Assembly: GCA_964016885.1 (NCBI GenBank)
Contig: OZ024744.1
Location: forward strand, 95,790,001 to 95,854,000
Length of the DNA: 64,000 nt
Source of the DNA: Eledone cirrhosa
Lineage: Eukaryota
Direction: 5' to 3'
Part shown: one piece after another, positions 1 through 12,611 of the stretch
How the letters are laid out: every line of letters starts with the position of its first letter
Numbering within the stretch: the first letter of the stretch is position 1
The notes under the pieces: generated by a model
What the model saw: the letters and a program-made list of their open reading frames with translations, nothing else
What the model was told of the DNA's origin: nothing
Databases searched by the model: none
Program-made: the position numbers and the translations under genes

Positions 1-2
1 TT

Positions 3-6
3 GAGC

Positions 7-49
<43 letters not shown>

Positions 50-530
50 ATGTATCATTGATACACTTACTCAAAATGACCTCCCACTACCTAATTTTCT
101 ATATATATATATGTATCTATCTCTATTTCCTCTCTCTCTATATATATATATATCTTTCTGTCTCTTTACATGAAGCTCTTCGCTTTATCTATTTTTCCAT
201 CTCTCTATTTTGTTCCATGCATTTCTTCTTTTTCTTTTTCTTCTTTTTCTTCCTTCTCTTCGTTTTGTCTTTCTTTCTTTCGTTTTTCCCTCTTTTCTTT
301 CTCTCTTTCTTTCTCTCTTTCTTTCTCTCTGTATTTTCACTGCTAGAGTAAACCTCTTCAAATGAAGTTGATGTTTATTACGGTATGTCGAATATATTTA
401 TCTATAAAACTGTTTATATTGTATTTTGTCTGATGAAGGCATAGCATATTGTTAATATGATATCCCCGAAATATATATAATGAAATAAATATGGTTTTAT
501 AAATATAGTTTTCCATTTATTTAATATTGT
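3..530 (+). mobile_element. Penelope-like pseudo-LTR (pLTR) copy 1, ending in a hammerhead motif
   Basis: Similar to 2196-2730 ((TAAA)n, CT-rich tract, tatgtcgaat...aactgtttatattgtattttgtctga). The same family occurs on the minus strand at 17210-17400, downstream of the Penelope GIY-YIG ORF. Confidence 0.7.
422..487 (+). ncRNA. Minimal type I hammerhead ribozyme (PLE-type)
   Basis: Stem I tattttgt/atgaaata, core CTGATGA at 430, stem II hairpin catatt-gtt-aatatg flanked by gg/cc, GAAA at 468, palindromic stem III TATATA, then TA cleavage context. Confidence 0.75.
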
Positions 531-709
531 ATATATATATATATATATGTATGTGTATATATGTATGTATATATATATATATATATGTTTATATGCATGT
601 ATATGCGTGTGTGTATGCACGTTTGTGTATTTGTATGTATGTGTATGTATGGATATGTTGATATTTATGTGTGTATGTATGTATGTATGTATGTATGTGT
701 ATATGTATG

Positions 710-1320
710 TCAGTTGGTGCTACTGGTAACATGTATCCCAGTACAACCTGTCCCATGGTCGGGTCGTTGGCGACTAAACTGGCAACCCCACCAAGGCTTC
801 TTGGTGAGGAGGGTGACTTTGGACATCCTGCAGGACTAAAAACAAAACCTGTCAAAAGGGCAAAGGAGCTCTTAAGAGTCAATGGCCATCCAAAATCACC
901 GGGAGAGATGACCCCTTAGCCTTTGTCAAGGCAGAATTCTAGGAGAAGGAAAACTCTGATATAACACCTGCAACCCTGATGGTATCCAATGATGTTGACT
1001 TGTTCTTCTCTTTGGTAAATATCATCTTGGTTAAGAGAGTGGGACTGGCTTTGTGCAGTGCCTTTGCTCACTATAAAAGCTTCACGGCGCAGGCATTGCT
1101 TTATATCTGGAGATCTCTCTGCACTTGTCGTCACATGGTACCATGGGCCCAGCACTATGTGTCAATAATTGTCACAGCTGTAGTGTTTGTACCAGAGTTT
1201 TCAAGTCGCTGGCTGGACTAAAAAGTCACACTCGTTCAGCGCATCGGTAGGGGTTCTCCTACATGGATATAAAGTAGTGGCCGTACTCGAAAACGAGTTG
1301 GCAGCCACCATGTATGTGTA
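710..1320 (+). mobile_element. Internally deleted RTE-like LINE (5' UTR-like part joined to a C2H2-finger 3' end)
   Basis: 1170-1250 translates CSVCTRVFKSLAGLKSHTRSAH*. The 3' end ggccgtactcgaaaacgagttggcagccaccatgtatg matches 24553-24595. The 5' part has an RTE-UTR-like motif tctaggagaaggaaaactctga. Flanked by (ATGT)n. Confidence 0.6.
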
Positions 1321-1594
1321 TGTATATATATATATACACATATATGTGTGTGTGTATGTATGTGTGTATGGATATATATATATATATATATATGTATGTA
1401 TATAATTGTGTGTGTGTGTTTGCATGTTTGTTTTTATTTTTTATTTTTCATTTCCTTCCTTTTCCGGCCTCACTTTCATATAGATTATATCGGCATACGT
1501 CAAGACGGGCGGTCTCAAAAGCGTCTAAACTCATGCTTGCGTGGAAGATAGACGTTAAACGATGATGATGACACAAACACATATATATATACAA

Positions 1595-1625
<31 letters not shown>

Positions 1626-2195
1626 CGATATTAAATAAATGGAAACTATTTTGATTTTTTGTTTTTTATTTACTTTTTGTTTCTGATATTTTTATTGATA
1701 TATTGATATCTGTTCTCTATTTATGCTTGAACGATAATCATGTAGAGTAAAGACATGAATAGTATTGTTAAAATTAATGTAGACTCTATATATATTTGTG
1801 TGTATGTACACATATATGTATACTTAAATTTTTATAGCACAATGAGAATGTTTTCGTGTGAAATAGGAATTTGCAGAGCTGATCACGTAAATTCACATGG
1901 ATGTGTATAGTATAAAATCTGGGATAACCTTCTATTTTATCTCAACTCTAATATAAACCTAGGAATTTTAGACTAGACATATGATCATTATTTTTCACAC
2001 ATTATTGATACGTGTCTCATTCATGAATACTGATATTTACATTATAATGCCTGGTTTATACGAATTGATATTTTTTACATTGATGAAACATAGTGTTTTA
2101 AATCTGCCTCGTTTTTGTCTGGATATTTTTCTTTTCTCTCTATGTAACGGGTGTTTTCTCTCTTAACCACATATATCTCTCTCTACATTAATACT

Positions 2196-2790
2196 AGAGC
2201 TAAATAAATAAATAAATAAATAAATAAATATATCATTGATACATCATTCAACTGGTGCCCAACTACCTAGTTTCTTTCTCTCTATCTCTATCTATATCTA
2301 TCTCTCTATATATATCTATCTCTCTATATTTTCTCTCTCTCTCTCTCCTCTCTTCTCTCTCTCTCTCTATCTATCTCCCTCTGTGTTTTTTCCTCTCTCT
2401 ATATATCTCTCTCTGTTTCTTTACATGAATTTCTTCTCTCTATCTATCTCTCTATATCTATCTCTCTCTATTTAGTTGCATGCATTTCTTCTTTTTCTTC
2501 GTTTTTCTTTCTTTCTTTTTATAACTGTCCCTAATATTTTTTCACTACCAAATCAACTTTTCAAATAGAAGTCGTAGTTGAAAGGTATGTCGAATCTATC
2601 TATTTATAAGACTGTTTATATTGTATTTTGTCTGAAGAAGGCATAACATATTTTAATATGATATCCCTGAAATATATATAATGAAATAAATATGGTTTTA
2701 TAAATATAGTTTCCATTTATTTAATATCGTAAATATACTCCAAATACTTGTTGAGTGCTTTTATATCAGTTATAAATATTTACTCGTTGT
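2196..2790 (+). mobile_element. Penelope-like pLTR copy 2
   Basis: Direct repeat of 3-530. Its 3' extension is the reverse complement of 17210-17290. Confidence 0.7.
2624..2688 (+). ncRNA. Minimal type I hammerhead ribozyme (same family as 422-487)
   Basis: tattttgt-CTGAAGA-stem II-GAAA(2669)-TATATA-TA-atgaaata. Confidence 0.72.
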
Positions 2791-2818
2791 TAACCCAACA
2801 ATTTAAATAAAACTTTGC

Positions 2819-2975
<157 letters not shown>

Positions 2976-3063
2976 GAAATCCATAGAATTGCGTGTGTCT
3001 GCATTATACTTTCACTGACCTATTGTAAAAAAAACAAACAAATTCACAATCGTAAAATTAGTT

Positions 3064-3870
3064 TCACACTTGACGTATGCCTATTATATTTTTGTTTTTA
3101 AAATCCAATGCCAATAAATACACCAGGATTTTTTCATTATAGTAGGGGGATGCCTTATTGGAAATAGCTTCTGAGGAAGAGAGGGTGGAGATCCTACGGC
3201 TAATATTAGGGATAAGGTTTTTAAAAACTATAGGAGGATGGCAAGAGCCTTTATTTATATATTTTAAATTTTCATTAGGTTTATGGTACGGTTTATAAGA
3301 AGCAGTAGGCAGATCTAGGCTTATATCTAGAAAATTAACATTGGAAAGGTTAGTGTCAATAGTAATTTTAAGATTAAAACTAGCGTGAGTTTTTATTAAG
3401 TCTTTCCTTAATCTATCTAAGTTATGGCCTATGGTGGTATGGGACAGTATTAGACCATCGTCGCGATAAAGCCCCAAAATATGGTTAGGGAATTTTTCTT
3501 TAAGTGTGTGTAGGAGGAATAGGCCGACTAATTCACAAACATCAACACCGTCAAAAGAACCCATTGAGACATCGACTGGGTTCTCTTGGTTAGATATTTT
3601 TACCCAAGTGTCATTATCAGTAAAGAGTAGAGTGTTTCTAGCATGCAAGATGACATTCTCTTCAATATCAGAAATATTGGTAAACTTTCTAGCGAAATTT
3701 AAGGCTTTCGCTAAAAGAGGCTGAGTGATAGACGGGTAGAAATCTACAATGTCAAATTGGGTGAATCTAGAACTATTTATATCTTTAATATTATTAAACC
3801 AATGTACTACGGAAGAGCTATTTATCCATTGGAGTAATTCAGACTTACTTCTAATCTGTGTGTTTATATT
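3064..3870 (-). pseudogene. Penelope-like element reverse transcriptase fragment (Naiad-like)
   Basis: Translation contains FDIVDFYPSI, DVSMGSFDGVDVCELVGLFLL, GLYRDDGL, VNFLDISLDL and S-C-HPP, which are PLE RT motifs. Truncated at both ends. Confidence 0.88.
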
Positions 3871-3971
3871 ATTTATATGTATTTATATTATTTATATGTA
3901 TATATAAGTATTAAGTTGTTAAACAATATTCGATGATTATGTCAAAGAATGTATATATGTATATATTTATA

Positions 3972-4010
<39 letters not shown>

Positions 4011-4017
4011 ACAAATA

Positions 4018-4835
4018 TAAACGGAAAAAATGAAACGAAATATCATTTTTCACTCTTAGTACGGCTGTTACTTAAATATAAGTATGTATACGTACATACA
4101 TATATGTATACAGACGTACAGTAGTATATATATATATATATACATACATGCACACATATATATGTACGTATGGATTCACCGAACATTTATTATAATGCTC
4201 GGTGTGTTTGTAAACAAACATCTCGAATTAAGCCGTACAGTGTCTAGCAACCATCGTTGCTCATTTGTTCAACACACCGAGCATTATAATAAATGTTCGG
4301 TGAATCCATACGTACATATATATATGTGTGCATGTATGTATATATATATACATACTACTTTACGTCTGTATACATATATGTATGTACGTATACATACTTA
4401 TATTTAAGTAACAGCCGTACTAAGAGTGAGAAATGAAATTTCGTTTAATTTTTTCCGTTTATTGTTTTCGGTGCGCCTAGCCGATTAACTCACTCGATAT
4501 GCAAATTAGGCTGCTCAGCCGTTAATATGCATAAGGAAAGTATATAGTTTCAGACGCTCAATCATCTGGCAGGAAGGTATACGTTGCCGACGATAGCTAA
4601 TAAGCTTGAAACTAGTACAGCGTTCCTTTGTCAGTGTTGAACAAATGAGCAACGATGGTTGCTAGACACTGTACGGCTCAATATGGGATGTTTGTTTACA
4701 AACACACCGAGCATTATAATAAATGTTCGGTGAATCCATACGTACATATATATATATCTGTGCATGTATGTATATATATATACATACTACTGTACGTCTA
4801 TATACATATATGTATGTACGTATACATACTTATAT
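4018..4835. mobile_element. Rearranged pLTR-like repeat with nested inverted copies
   Basis: 4018-4207 is inverted at about 4272-4462, and 4075-4272 is inverted again at about 4635-4835. A hammerhead-like motif lies in the unique part. Confidence 0.65.
4581..4623 (+). ncRNA. Degenerate minimal type I hammerhead ribozyme
   Basis: acgttg-CCGACGA (U4->C)-t-agct-aata-agct-t-GAAA-CTAG-TA-cagcgt. Stem I acgttg/cagcgt pairs fully with one GU. Confidence 0.6.
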
Positions 4836-5120
4836 ACAAATATAAATTAGCGAGAATCGTATTTCGGCTATTGGAAATTAGCAAAAAACAACTTCCGAGA
4901 TGTGTGGCAAGCGCTCCATAGAAGCTAGTGAACTAGAGCAACGACATAAGTTAAAAGGCCAAACACACTGAGATGATGGTTAAACCATTATCCGCACAGC
5001 CATAGAAACGACCAAGTAATTCGGGTCAAACAAATAAAATATGATTGAAAATTATACCCGGACCCCGTACATATATACACACATGCATACATACACATGT
5101 GTGTACGTATGTATGTTTAA

Positions 5121-5219
<99 letters not shown>

Positions 5220-5710
5220 TATATGTGTTACTTTTAATCATTTCATTACTTCATGTTATACTGTATATTAGATATACGTATTATTATTATTTTTATTCCT
5301 ATTATGCTTATTTATATTTAAACTCTTAATAAGGTTTAATTTTGGCAGTTGAAGATGGATATGTGTATTGATGTATATGTATATGTGCGTACGTGTGCGT
5401 ACATATATACATATGTATATTGTGCCTTTTAATTTTAATGTTAATTTTAATATTGTTACAAGTATATTATATTATATTATATTGTATTACATATAGTACT
5501 ATAATTCCCGCTCTATATAACCACCTTTGTTTAGCTCTAGTTTTTTTGCTTTGGACTATATTTGTAATATGGTTCAAAATGTTATCCACCTCCTTAGTGA
5601 TTTTTATTATATATTTTTACCCATAATCTTCCAATACTTTAGTGTATGTACACTCCATATTCTTCGGAGTTTTCGGCTTGTATTGGCCGATAGTACTTCT
5701 TGTGGTTTTG

Positions 5711-5755
5711 ATTGCCCTGATGAGTCCTTAATAGGACGAAACATTGTTGGCTAAT
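5711..5755 (+). ncRNA. Minimal type I hammerhead ribozyme, intact core
   Basis: attgcc-CTGATGA-gtcct-taat-aggac-GAAA-c-att-GTT-ggctaat. Perfect 5-bp stem II, GUU cleavage triplet. Confidence 0.8.
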
Positions 5756-5898
5756 AAAGACTTTTGATGTATTGAAGGCTTCTTTGTTTTATTTTCATAA
5801 TTCTTCGGCTCTGTTTAATTACATTGAGCTATACCTTTTACTGTCATTTCTATAATACGAAGAGCGTGTTTAACTCCAACACGCTCCAGTATTTTAAT

Positions 5899-5945
<47 letters not shown>

Positions 5946-6095
5946 CACACATGCATATATAAATACACATATACATACATACACACATGCATATATATAT
6001 ATATATATACACATACATACATACACACATACATTCGGCATACATACATGTGCGCGCGTGCCCCCGCCCACCCCTCTCTCTCTATATATATATAT

Positions 6096-6347
6096 GGTTT
6101 GATGGTCTTTATTCTCTTTCGTCCACGATTTCACAGAACTTATATTCATCGATTTCTGGGACTTGACTCCATCTTCCACACTTTACCATCTTTGATTGTT
6201 TACAGTCTCGCTCGTTCCCCTTATTTACGTGTCCCAACGACTTTCTTTAGCCGTTGCTCGCACCAACCGGAGGTATATCGTCTATAAAGCGATGAAATAC
6301 CAATGAAGGTTGGAAGATCACTGATGAAGGACTAAATTTATTCATAT
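6096..6347 (+). repeat. About 250-bp dispersed repeat, copy 1 (copy 2 at about 8760-9003)
   Basis: Near-identical text (ttaccatctttgattgtttacagtctcgctcg...cactgatgaaggactaaatttattcatat) on both sides of the LTR element. Confidence 0.8.
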
Positions 6348-6432
6348 GTAACCCATTTGCAACCACGCAGCACGCCAAGTTTTCATATTTACATATATAT
6401 ATTTTCCTCCGCTATGACCCGTCTGTTTCTTT

Positions 6433-8452
6433 TATAACAGGGTTACTGGGTTGTATGAATATAACAAGACACTAGGTTGTATGTACAATGTTTATTAACA
6501 AGGTTGAGTTATGTGTAGAGCAGAATAGTTGACATGCCAAGAGAGATGAAAGAATGAATTAAAGTTATTTGTTTACCGTTTTGAAGTCAGCTCGCAAGAG
6601 ACCAAATGGTCTTTACATTACCATGTTCAGGTTGCCAGAGAGTAGAGCCTCTGCGAACGCGCCTGGCCGAAGGACCAGGCAGGTTAAAAGAGAGGGAGAC
6701 AGCTTTCAGCTATCTCCTTTATAGGGTCCCTGGACGGAAGTGACAAAGAAGGTTCTGCCACCTCAACGGAAAGTAACTCCAGCTACCTCCTGTCTAGAGA
6801 GCGCTACTGGTGATAAGGGAGGCAACGCCCGCCAGATTTTTAAAACATAAAAATCGAATCAACCATGTATGAAGTAAGATGGCGAGCATGTAACACCAAA
6901 GTCCAGGCATGAGAATTACAAAAAAATAATGTTTGCAATAAAAGGAAAACAGCAAAATATAAGCATGCAAAAATCAATGATAGATATCAAGGTAGCCAAC
7001 CGCTGTTGGCCAGAGAACGACCGGACATCTATCTATCCATCACACAAAGATACAATGTAATGAACCTAAAAGAAGAGGTCAAAGGAGCAAAGAAACGTGC
7101 TCGAACATAGTTATTTAAAAAAAGGTTCAAATGTTCAAAATACAGTTCACAGGTGACAGCAGGAAAGAAAGTGTGTGTTCCAGAGAATGTATGCAGGTGG
7201 TTTCTGGACTGTGGTACAACGTGAAATTCCCAACCTCCGAAGGCGGTGGGATTTTCTCACAGGAAGAGTGCTGCAAAAATAAATTGTCTTGTTCTGCTGG
7301 TTTTGGTTGTTGATAAAGCAAAGATGAAGCTGTGTTGTTGTTGTCTCGGGGAGTGAACCTATTCGATGTTGTTTCCGTTCACAGTAAAAAGTTTCCCAGA
7401 AAAAATGAGTTGCGCAAAGTGCTAGAAATAAGAGCCAAAGTTGATGGTCGATGTTGAGAACGCGTTTACCTGGAAGGGTCAAGAGGCCAGCGACCAAAGA
7501 AATAATCATTCTGAATAAATGCGCAGTTTTCAACGGCAAATTTACGTGGTAAATTTTTAAACCGGCAAATAGGAGAATATAGCTTAAGGCTGGAGAATCC
7601 TTGTCAAGAAACATTATCTATGGCGTGTGTTATCTCAGTGAGTCGAGATGTATGTTCCCACACGTGCCGAAACAAGGTTAAAGTCAAGTTGAAAAAAAAA
7701 AAAATTCTATTGCGCGAGAAAATGGCGCGAAAATGATAGTGCAACAGGTCGTTGGCAGCCATTTTGAAAAAATTTGTGTGTGAACGTGATATGATGAAAA
7801 ATAAGGAAAGGCTTTGTATATGGCGAGAGTTCAATTTTTTTTTCTTTGAAAGTGATGAAAAAGTAGCGACATTTAAACGATGTAAACACGTGAGGTGAAA
7901 AGCGAAATTTTTTCTTGTTTGTTTGCTGCTGAGGAAAAGATTACTTCTATTTTTCGTTGTAGACAAAATCCATGTGGAATGTTGTAGAAAAAATCCGTGT
8001 GGAATGTTAGAGGAATTTTTTCCTTTTTGAAATACTGCTAATTAATTTTCTTTTTTTTCATATTCACACAACACCAGATCCTATTATTTTTTCTCGTGGT
8101 CACCACTTATAACAGAGACACTCTGGGTTGTATGTACAATGTTTATTTAACAAGGTTGAGTTATGTGTAGAGCAGAATGGTTGACATGCCAAGAGAGATG
8201 AAAGAATGAATTAAAGTTATTTGTTTACCGTTTTGAAGTCAGCTCGCAAGAGACCAAATGGTCTTTACATTACCATGTTTAGGTTGCCAGAGAGTAGAGC
8301 CTCTGCGAACGCGCCTGGCCGAAGGGCCAGGCAAGTTAAAAGAGAGGGAGACAGCTTTCAGCTATCTCCTTTATAGGGTCCCTGGACGGAAGTGACAGCT
8401 ACCTCCTGTCTAGAGAGCGCTACTGGTGATAAGGGAGGCAACTCTTGCTACA
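6433..8452 (-). mobile_element. Non-autonomous Gypsy-type LTR retrotransposon, copy A
   Basis: LTRs at about 8108-8452 (TGTAGCAAG start on minus) and about 6433-6826. PBS tggtgaccacg on minus at about 8095-8104, PPT at about 6828-6840. The internal region is homologous to 15000-16430. Confidence 0.85.
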
Positions 8453-8579
8453 CTTTCTTACTGCTTCCTCTTTTCTCTGTATCTCTCACTTCCCTTTACC
8501 CCCTCTAACAGTCACTCTCTCTGTTAGCCTCTTCCTCACCCTTCACTCACTCACTCACTCTCTGCTATTCCCTCTCCTA

Positions 8580-9003
8580 CTTCCTCCCGTTTGACCTGTG
8601 CAAAATTCTTTCCTCACGCACACTTTGACCAGGTCGGTTGTTCTTTATTCTCTCTCGTCTACGATTTCACAGAACTTATGTTCACCGATTTCAGGGACTT
8701 GACTCCTTCTTCCTCCCGTTTGACCTGTGCGAAATTCTTTCCTTGCTCACATTTCGACCAGGTTTTATGGTCTTTATTCTCTCTCGTCCAAGATTTCACA
8801 GATCTTATATTCATCGATTTCTGGGACTTGACTCCTTCCTCACTTTTCGTTGCATTACCATCTTTGATTGTTTACAGTCTCGCTCGTTCTCCTTATTTAC
8901 GTGTCCCAACGACTTTCTTTAGCCGTTGCTCGCACCAACTTTAAAGCGATGAAATACCAATGAAGGTTGGAAGATCACTGATGAAGGACTAAATTTATTC
9001 ATA
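8580..9003 (+). repeat. About 129-bp tandem duplication leading into copy 2 of the 250-bp repeat
   Basis: ttcctcccgtttgacctgtgc(a/g)aaattctttcc at about 8580 and about 8709. Confidence 0.75.
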
Positions 9004-9166
9004 TATATATATATAATCCTAGTACTAAAAATGTTTGGTAAAAGTTTGTTACTGGTTTGTTATTTCCATTTAGCCTCCTGTTTTTCTTTTTTGTTAATAC
9101 AGGTTTTTTTGCATATCTCTTTTGAATATTTGTCTTCAGGTAGCATATGTTGAAATACCTTCTTAA

Positions 9167-9387
9167 CCCTTTGGCATTTACATTACTCTATATTTACTAT
9201 TATATTTTCATGTTAAAGGCTTTACCTCACATAATTATCTCACATAATATCGAATCTATGAGATTTTGATGTTATTTATTTTGAGAACAATACCTTAATG
9301 TAGGTATATGTGGCTGGTCAAAGCTGGTTTGAACAGAAAGAGGTGAGAGAGTTCTGGCCGGATATGGCCGGTCTAAATGCTAAAGGG
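9167..9387. mobile_element. piggyBac-like MITE
   Basis: TTAA at both ends, with TIR ccctttggcattta/taaatgctaaaggg. Related copies at about 9890-10070, 39810-40004, 52226-52444 and a split copy at 43340-45655. Confidence 0.75.
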
Positions 9388-10284
9388 TTAATACTCAAAA
9401 TCTTATATCGTCCAGAATCGCCCACCATTTTCTGTTCAGTTGTTCATTGGCCAACCAACAGTTGAAACAACCCACCAGGTTGGGAAACCCTGGTATAGAT
9501 GCTAGAAGAACACTCAGCAAGAAGTACTAGTTAACACATATAAGGAAATGGAGTGAAGGGTGTAGGTTTATGTAGAGGACAACAAGGAATTTCTCTGAGA
9601 CAATGCTGGGATTTACAGACAACATCTGTAGATGGGGTAAGGGGTTCCAGTCAGATAGAAGAGGATATATGGTGGTGGAATTGTATAGTAGACAGAACCA
9701 GTGCTGGAATTTACCTTGAGGGCCCCAGGGCACTTCAGGTTTGGAGGTCCCAGGGTTTGAAAAAATTAGAAAAAAGACAGGTTTGAAAAAATTGGAACAA
9801 TCAGCAAAACAAGAAAAATGTGAAAAAGTTAAACTCTAGGTATACATAATTTGGAGAGAAGCTAAAAACAAAAGGTTTGTCAATGTTTTATTTAGCATTT
9901 AAACCAGCTGTATCCAACAAGAATTCTCTCACCTCTTTCTGTTCAAACCGTCCGTAACCGGCCACTCAAAATAAATAATATAAAAATCTCATAGATTCAA
10001 TATTATGTGAGGTAAAGACTTTACCATGAAAATGTAATAGTGAATATAGAGTAATGTAAATGTAAAAGGGTCAAGGTGTTCCAAATTGGAAAAGTCATGG
10101 CCATGTGGTTTAGAAGTTCACTTCTAAAGTATGTAGTTCTTGGGTTCAGTCCCACCATGTGGCACCTCAGACAAGTGTCTTATGTTATAGCCTCAGGCTA
10201 ACGTCTTGTGAATGGATTTGGTAGATGGGTATTGTGAAAGATCATTGAAAGCAGCAAAAGTAACAACACAAACCCAACATACCT

Positions 10285-10370
10285 AAGGAACCAGGTAGTT
10301 TATGAACTCAACTGCGCATGCGGCGGAGACTACATTGGTTCCACAAAACTAAAGCTACACCACAGAGGGA
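10285..10370 (+). pseudogene. Penelope GIY-YIG endonuclease fragment inside a SINE
   Basis: Translates VVYELNCACGGDYIGSTKLKLHHR. Flanked by a duplicated SINE segment (tgttatagcctcag...tggatttggtagatggg). Confidence 0.6.
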
Positions 10371-10795
10371 AGAAACGCTATGTTATAGCCTCAGACTCAC
10401 AAAAATGGATTTGGTAGATGGGTACTATGAAAGCCTGTCATTTATATGTAACTGTTTTGGTGTGTGCCTTTGCCTTGAAAACACTGCTGAGTTGGTGTAC
10501 CATTGCAAACCAATATATATATTAGGAATAAAAGCTGTGCATCTGCCTCCACTGATGCAATAAAATAGGATAAATAAATAAAAACATAGCAACATTGTCC
10601 CAAGAAGTTACTGATTGAGGAAAATGCATGTGAAAAAAGGTAACCCCAAGTAGACTCAAACAAGGGATCATCTATTGAGTTGTTACTGTTATTGCTACTC
10701 CTGTTGTTTTTGATGTACAAATATAGATTTATTTATATAGGTGTGTAATTGTATATATTTTAGCTAAACACTCTTCTTCTATTCGTATATTTATA

Positions 10796-11180
10796 TTAGC
10801 TGAGGTACCCGGCTTCGCCCGGGAGAATAGTTAAGAGAAGACAGATAAAAGAGAAAACGACTGTATTGGATGTGTTGTCTGGTATGAGGTGAGACAGTAA
10901 TGTGTGTGTGTGTGTGAGAGAGACATAAACAAAACAATCATAAAACTTCCTTATTAGGCTGGGGGAGTAAACTGCTGATTAAATAGTAGCGTTGGCCTTG
11001 GATTTTAAATGTTGTGAAATAAATATAGTCAGTATGATCTTTTTCACCTCCAAAGGACGTCATCTGAAACACAGCAATATACCGCATAACATTGCTTCTG
11101 AAGTGTTTAGCTTTGTTAGTACGGACTGTAAGTAGTATATGGATAAAAGCTGGAGGGTAGATTAATTTCAAATAGTATCA
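10796..11180 (-). mobile_element. Helitron remnant with RepHel N-terminal fragment
   Basis: ORF 10938-11171 KHFRSNVMRY..VFQMTSFG...TFKIQGQRYYLISSLLP resembles the Helitron Rep N-terminal region. Minus-strand 3' hairpin cccgggcgaagccggg followed by CTAA at about 10796. Confidence 0.75.
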
Positions 11181-11442
11181 ATTTTTCTTTCTTCTGTGGA
11201 ATCAAAGACTAAAATGACTTTATAAAAGCTAACACAATATTGTTAAACCTTCCTATAGATCAAAGGTTCCATAGTTTAAGCCGTTTCTAGATTTTTGTGG
11301 GATGTCTCTCTATCTCTCTCTGAATATCTAAATCTTTAATTGTATCTCTCTCTGTATAACGCCCTATCTCTCTCTTTCTGCCTCTTCCTCTGTGTTTCTC
11401 TCTCTTTAGATGTGTGTGTATGTATTTGTGTGTGTGTGTGTA

Positions 11443-11475
<33 letters not shown>

Positions 11476-11519
11476 AGTTTTCGTGTGATTCAACCAACAA
11501 ACGAACCAACCAGTCATAA

Positions 11520-12323
11520 TCTATAAAGCTCAGTGTGTGGTCATGCTCCTTCGTTATAGAAATCTACGATATAGAATTTCTTCAATTGAAATTTACAATT
11601 CAGTATTCGAAATAGTTTCGATTGCGTCTTGACGCAGATAATTTTTTCAATTTCACCCACAATTACTCAAAAAATAGATAAAACTCAATATTTTACGATT
11701 TTCTCTGTCATTTAAACTGCTAAACTCTTTCCACTACCATTAACAATCTATACAACTTCATACTTTCTGCTACTTTCTCTTTCCAAGCTCGATGGTGATA
11801 CTGTCTGTTCACACCACTCCCTACTGTCTTAAATTTAGAAAACATATCTTCTATGAGGTCACTAAACCTGCTAGAAACAGCAGCTAACTCTCCCCCATAT
11901 CACACCACTCCCTACTGTCTTAAATTTAGAAAACACATATCCTCTATGAGGTCACTAAACCTGCTAGAAACAACAGCTAACTCTCCCTCATATCACAACC
12001 CTCCCTACTGTCTTAAATTTAGAAAACACACAGACAACCATGCAGAACAACTCCATCGCAGCTCTGGTGTTCGGCTGGCATCGTCTACGCGCGTGTTACG
12101 CAAGTACTGTGAAACAATAAATTTCAACACTTTTTTGCACAGAGATAATATTCATAGGCGAAACTACAATTGTCACTGCTGGCGCAGCTCCTGCTTCGGC
12201 AGTCCAGGTTTGCAATTCATTCACCCAGTGCCTGGCAGACAAAAAAGTGCTGCCATAAAATGGGTGGTGCAACCTAACTTTGGTAACTTAATGACCCCGA
12301 GCAACGCCGGGCTTTAATGCTAT
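11520..12323 (+). mobile_element. Non-autonomous Helitron-like element with internal ~90-bp tandem repeat
   Basis: 5' TCTATAAAG start. 3' hairpin ccgagcaacgccggg shared with 45233-45247. The 11811-12030 unit is repeated about 2.3 times. Confidence 0.55.
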
Positions 12324-12611
12324 GTGAGATAAAGCGTTTAGCGTGAAAATACAATAGGATATATATAGAGTAATATAAATGTTAAAGGGTTAAGGAAATG
12401 AAGGTAGGGGAAAACAGCCGAACCATCAGAGATTGGTTGCTGAACTTCTGAGAACATTTGGTGATGTCAGGCATGCATTAGTCTCAGGTACAGTTAATCA
12501 GAAGTACTGGGAGATGCCATATCCAATGACAGACACAGCATCATCATTATCATCAATTACTACAAGAACAAAAATGGTCTATATAGAAGCTACTGAGATA
12601 AACTGATGGAC

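Noticed and set aside
6321-6345. CTGATGAAGGAC as a hammerhead core (also at 8978)
   Set aside because: No closing stem II, GAAA or stem I partner follows. At best a truncated remnant.
10442-10720. 92-aa minus-strand ORF as a host exon
   Set aside because: No convincing splice sites or recognisable domain, and it partly overlaps SINE-like sequence.
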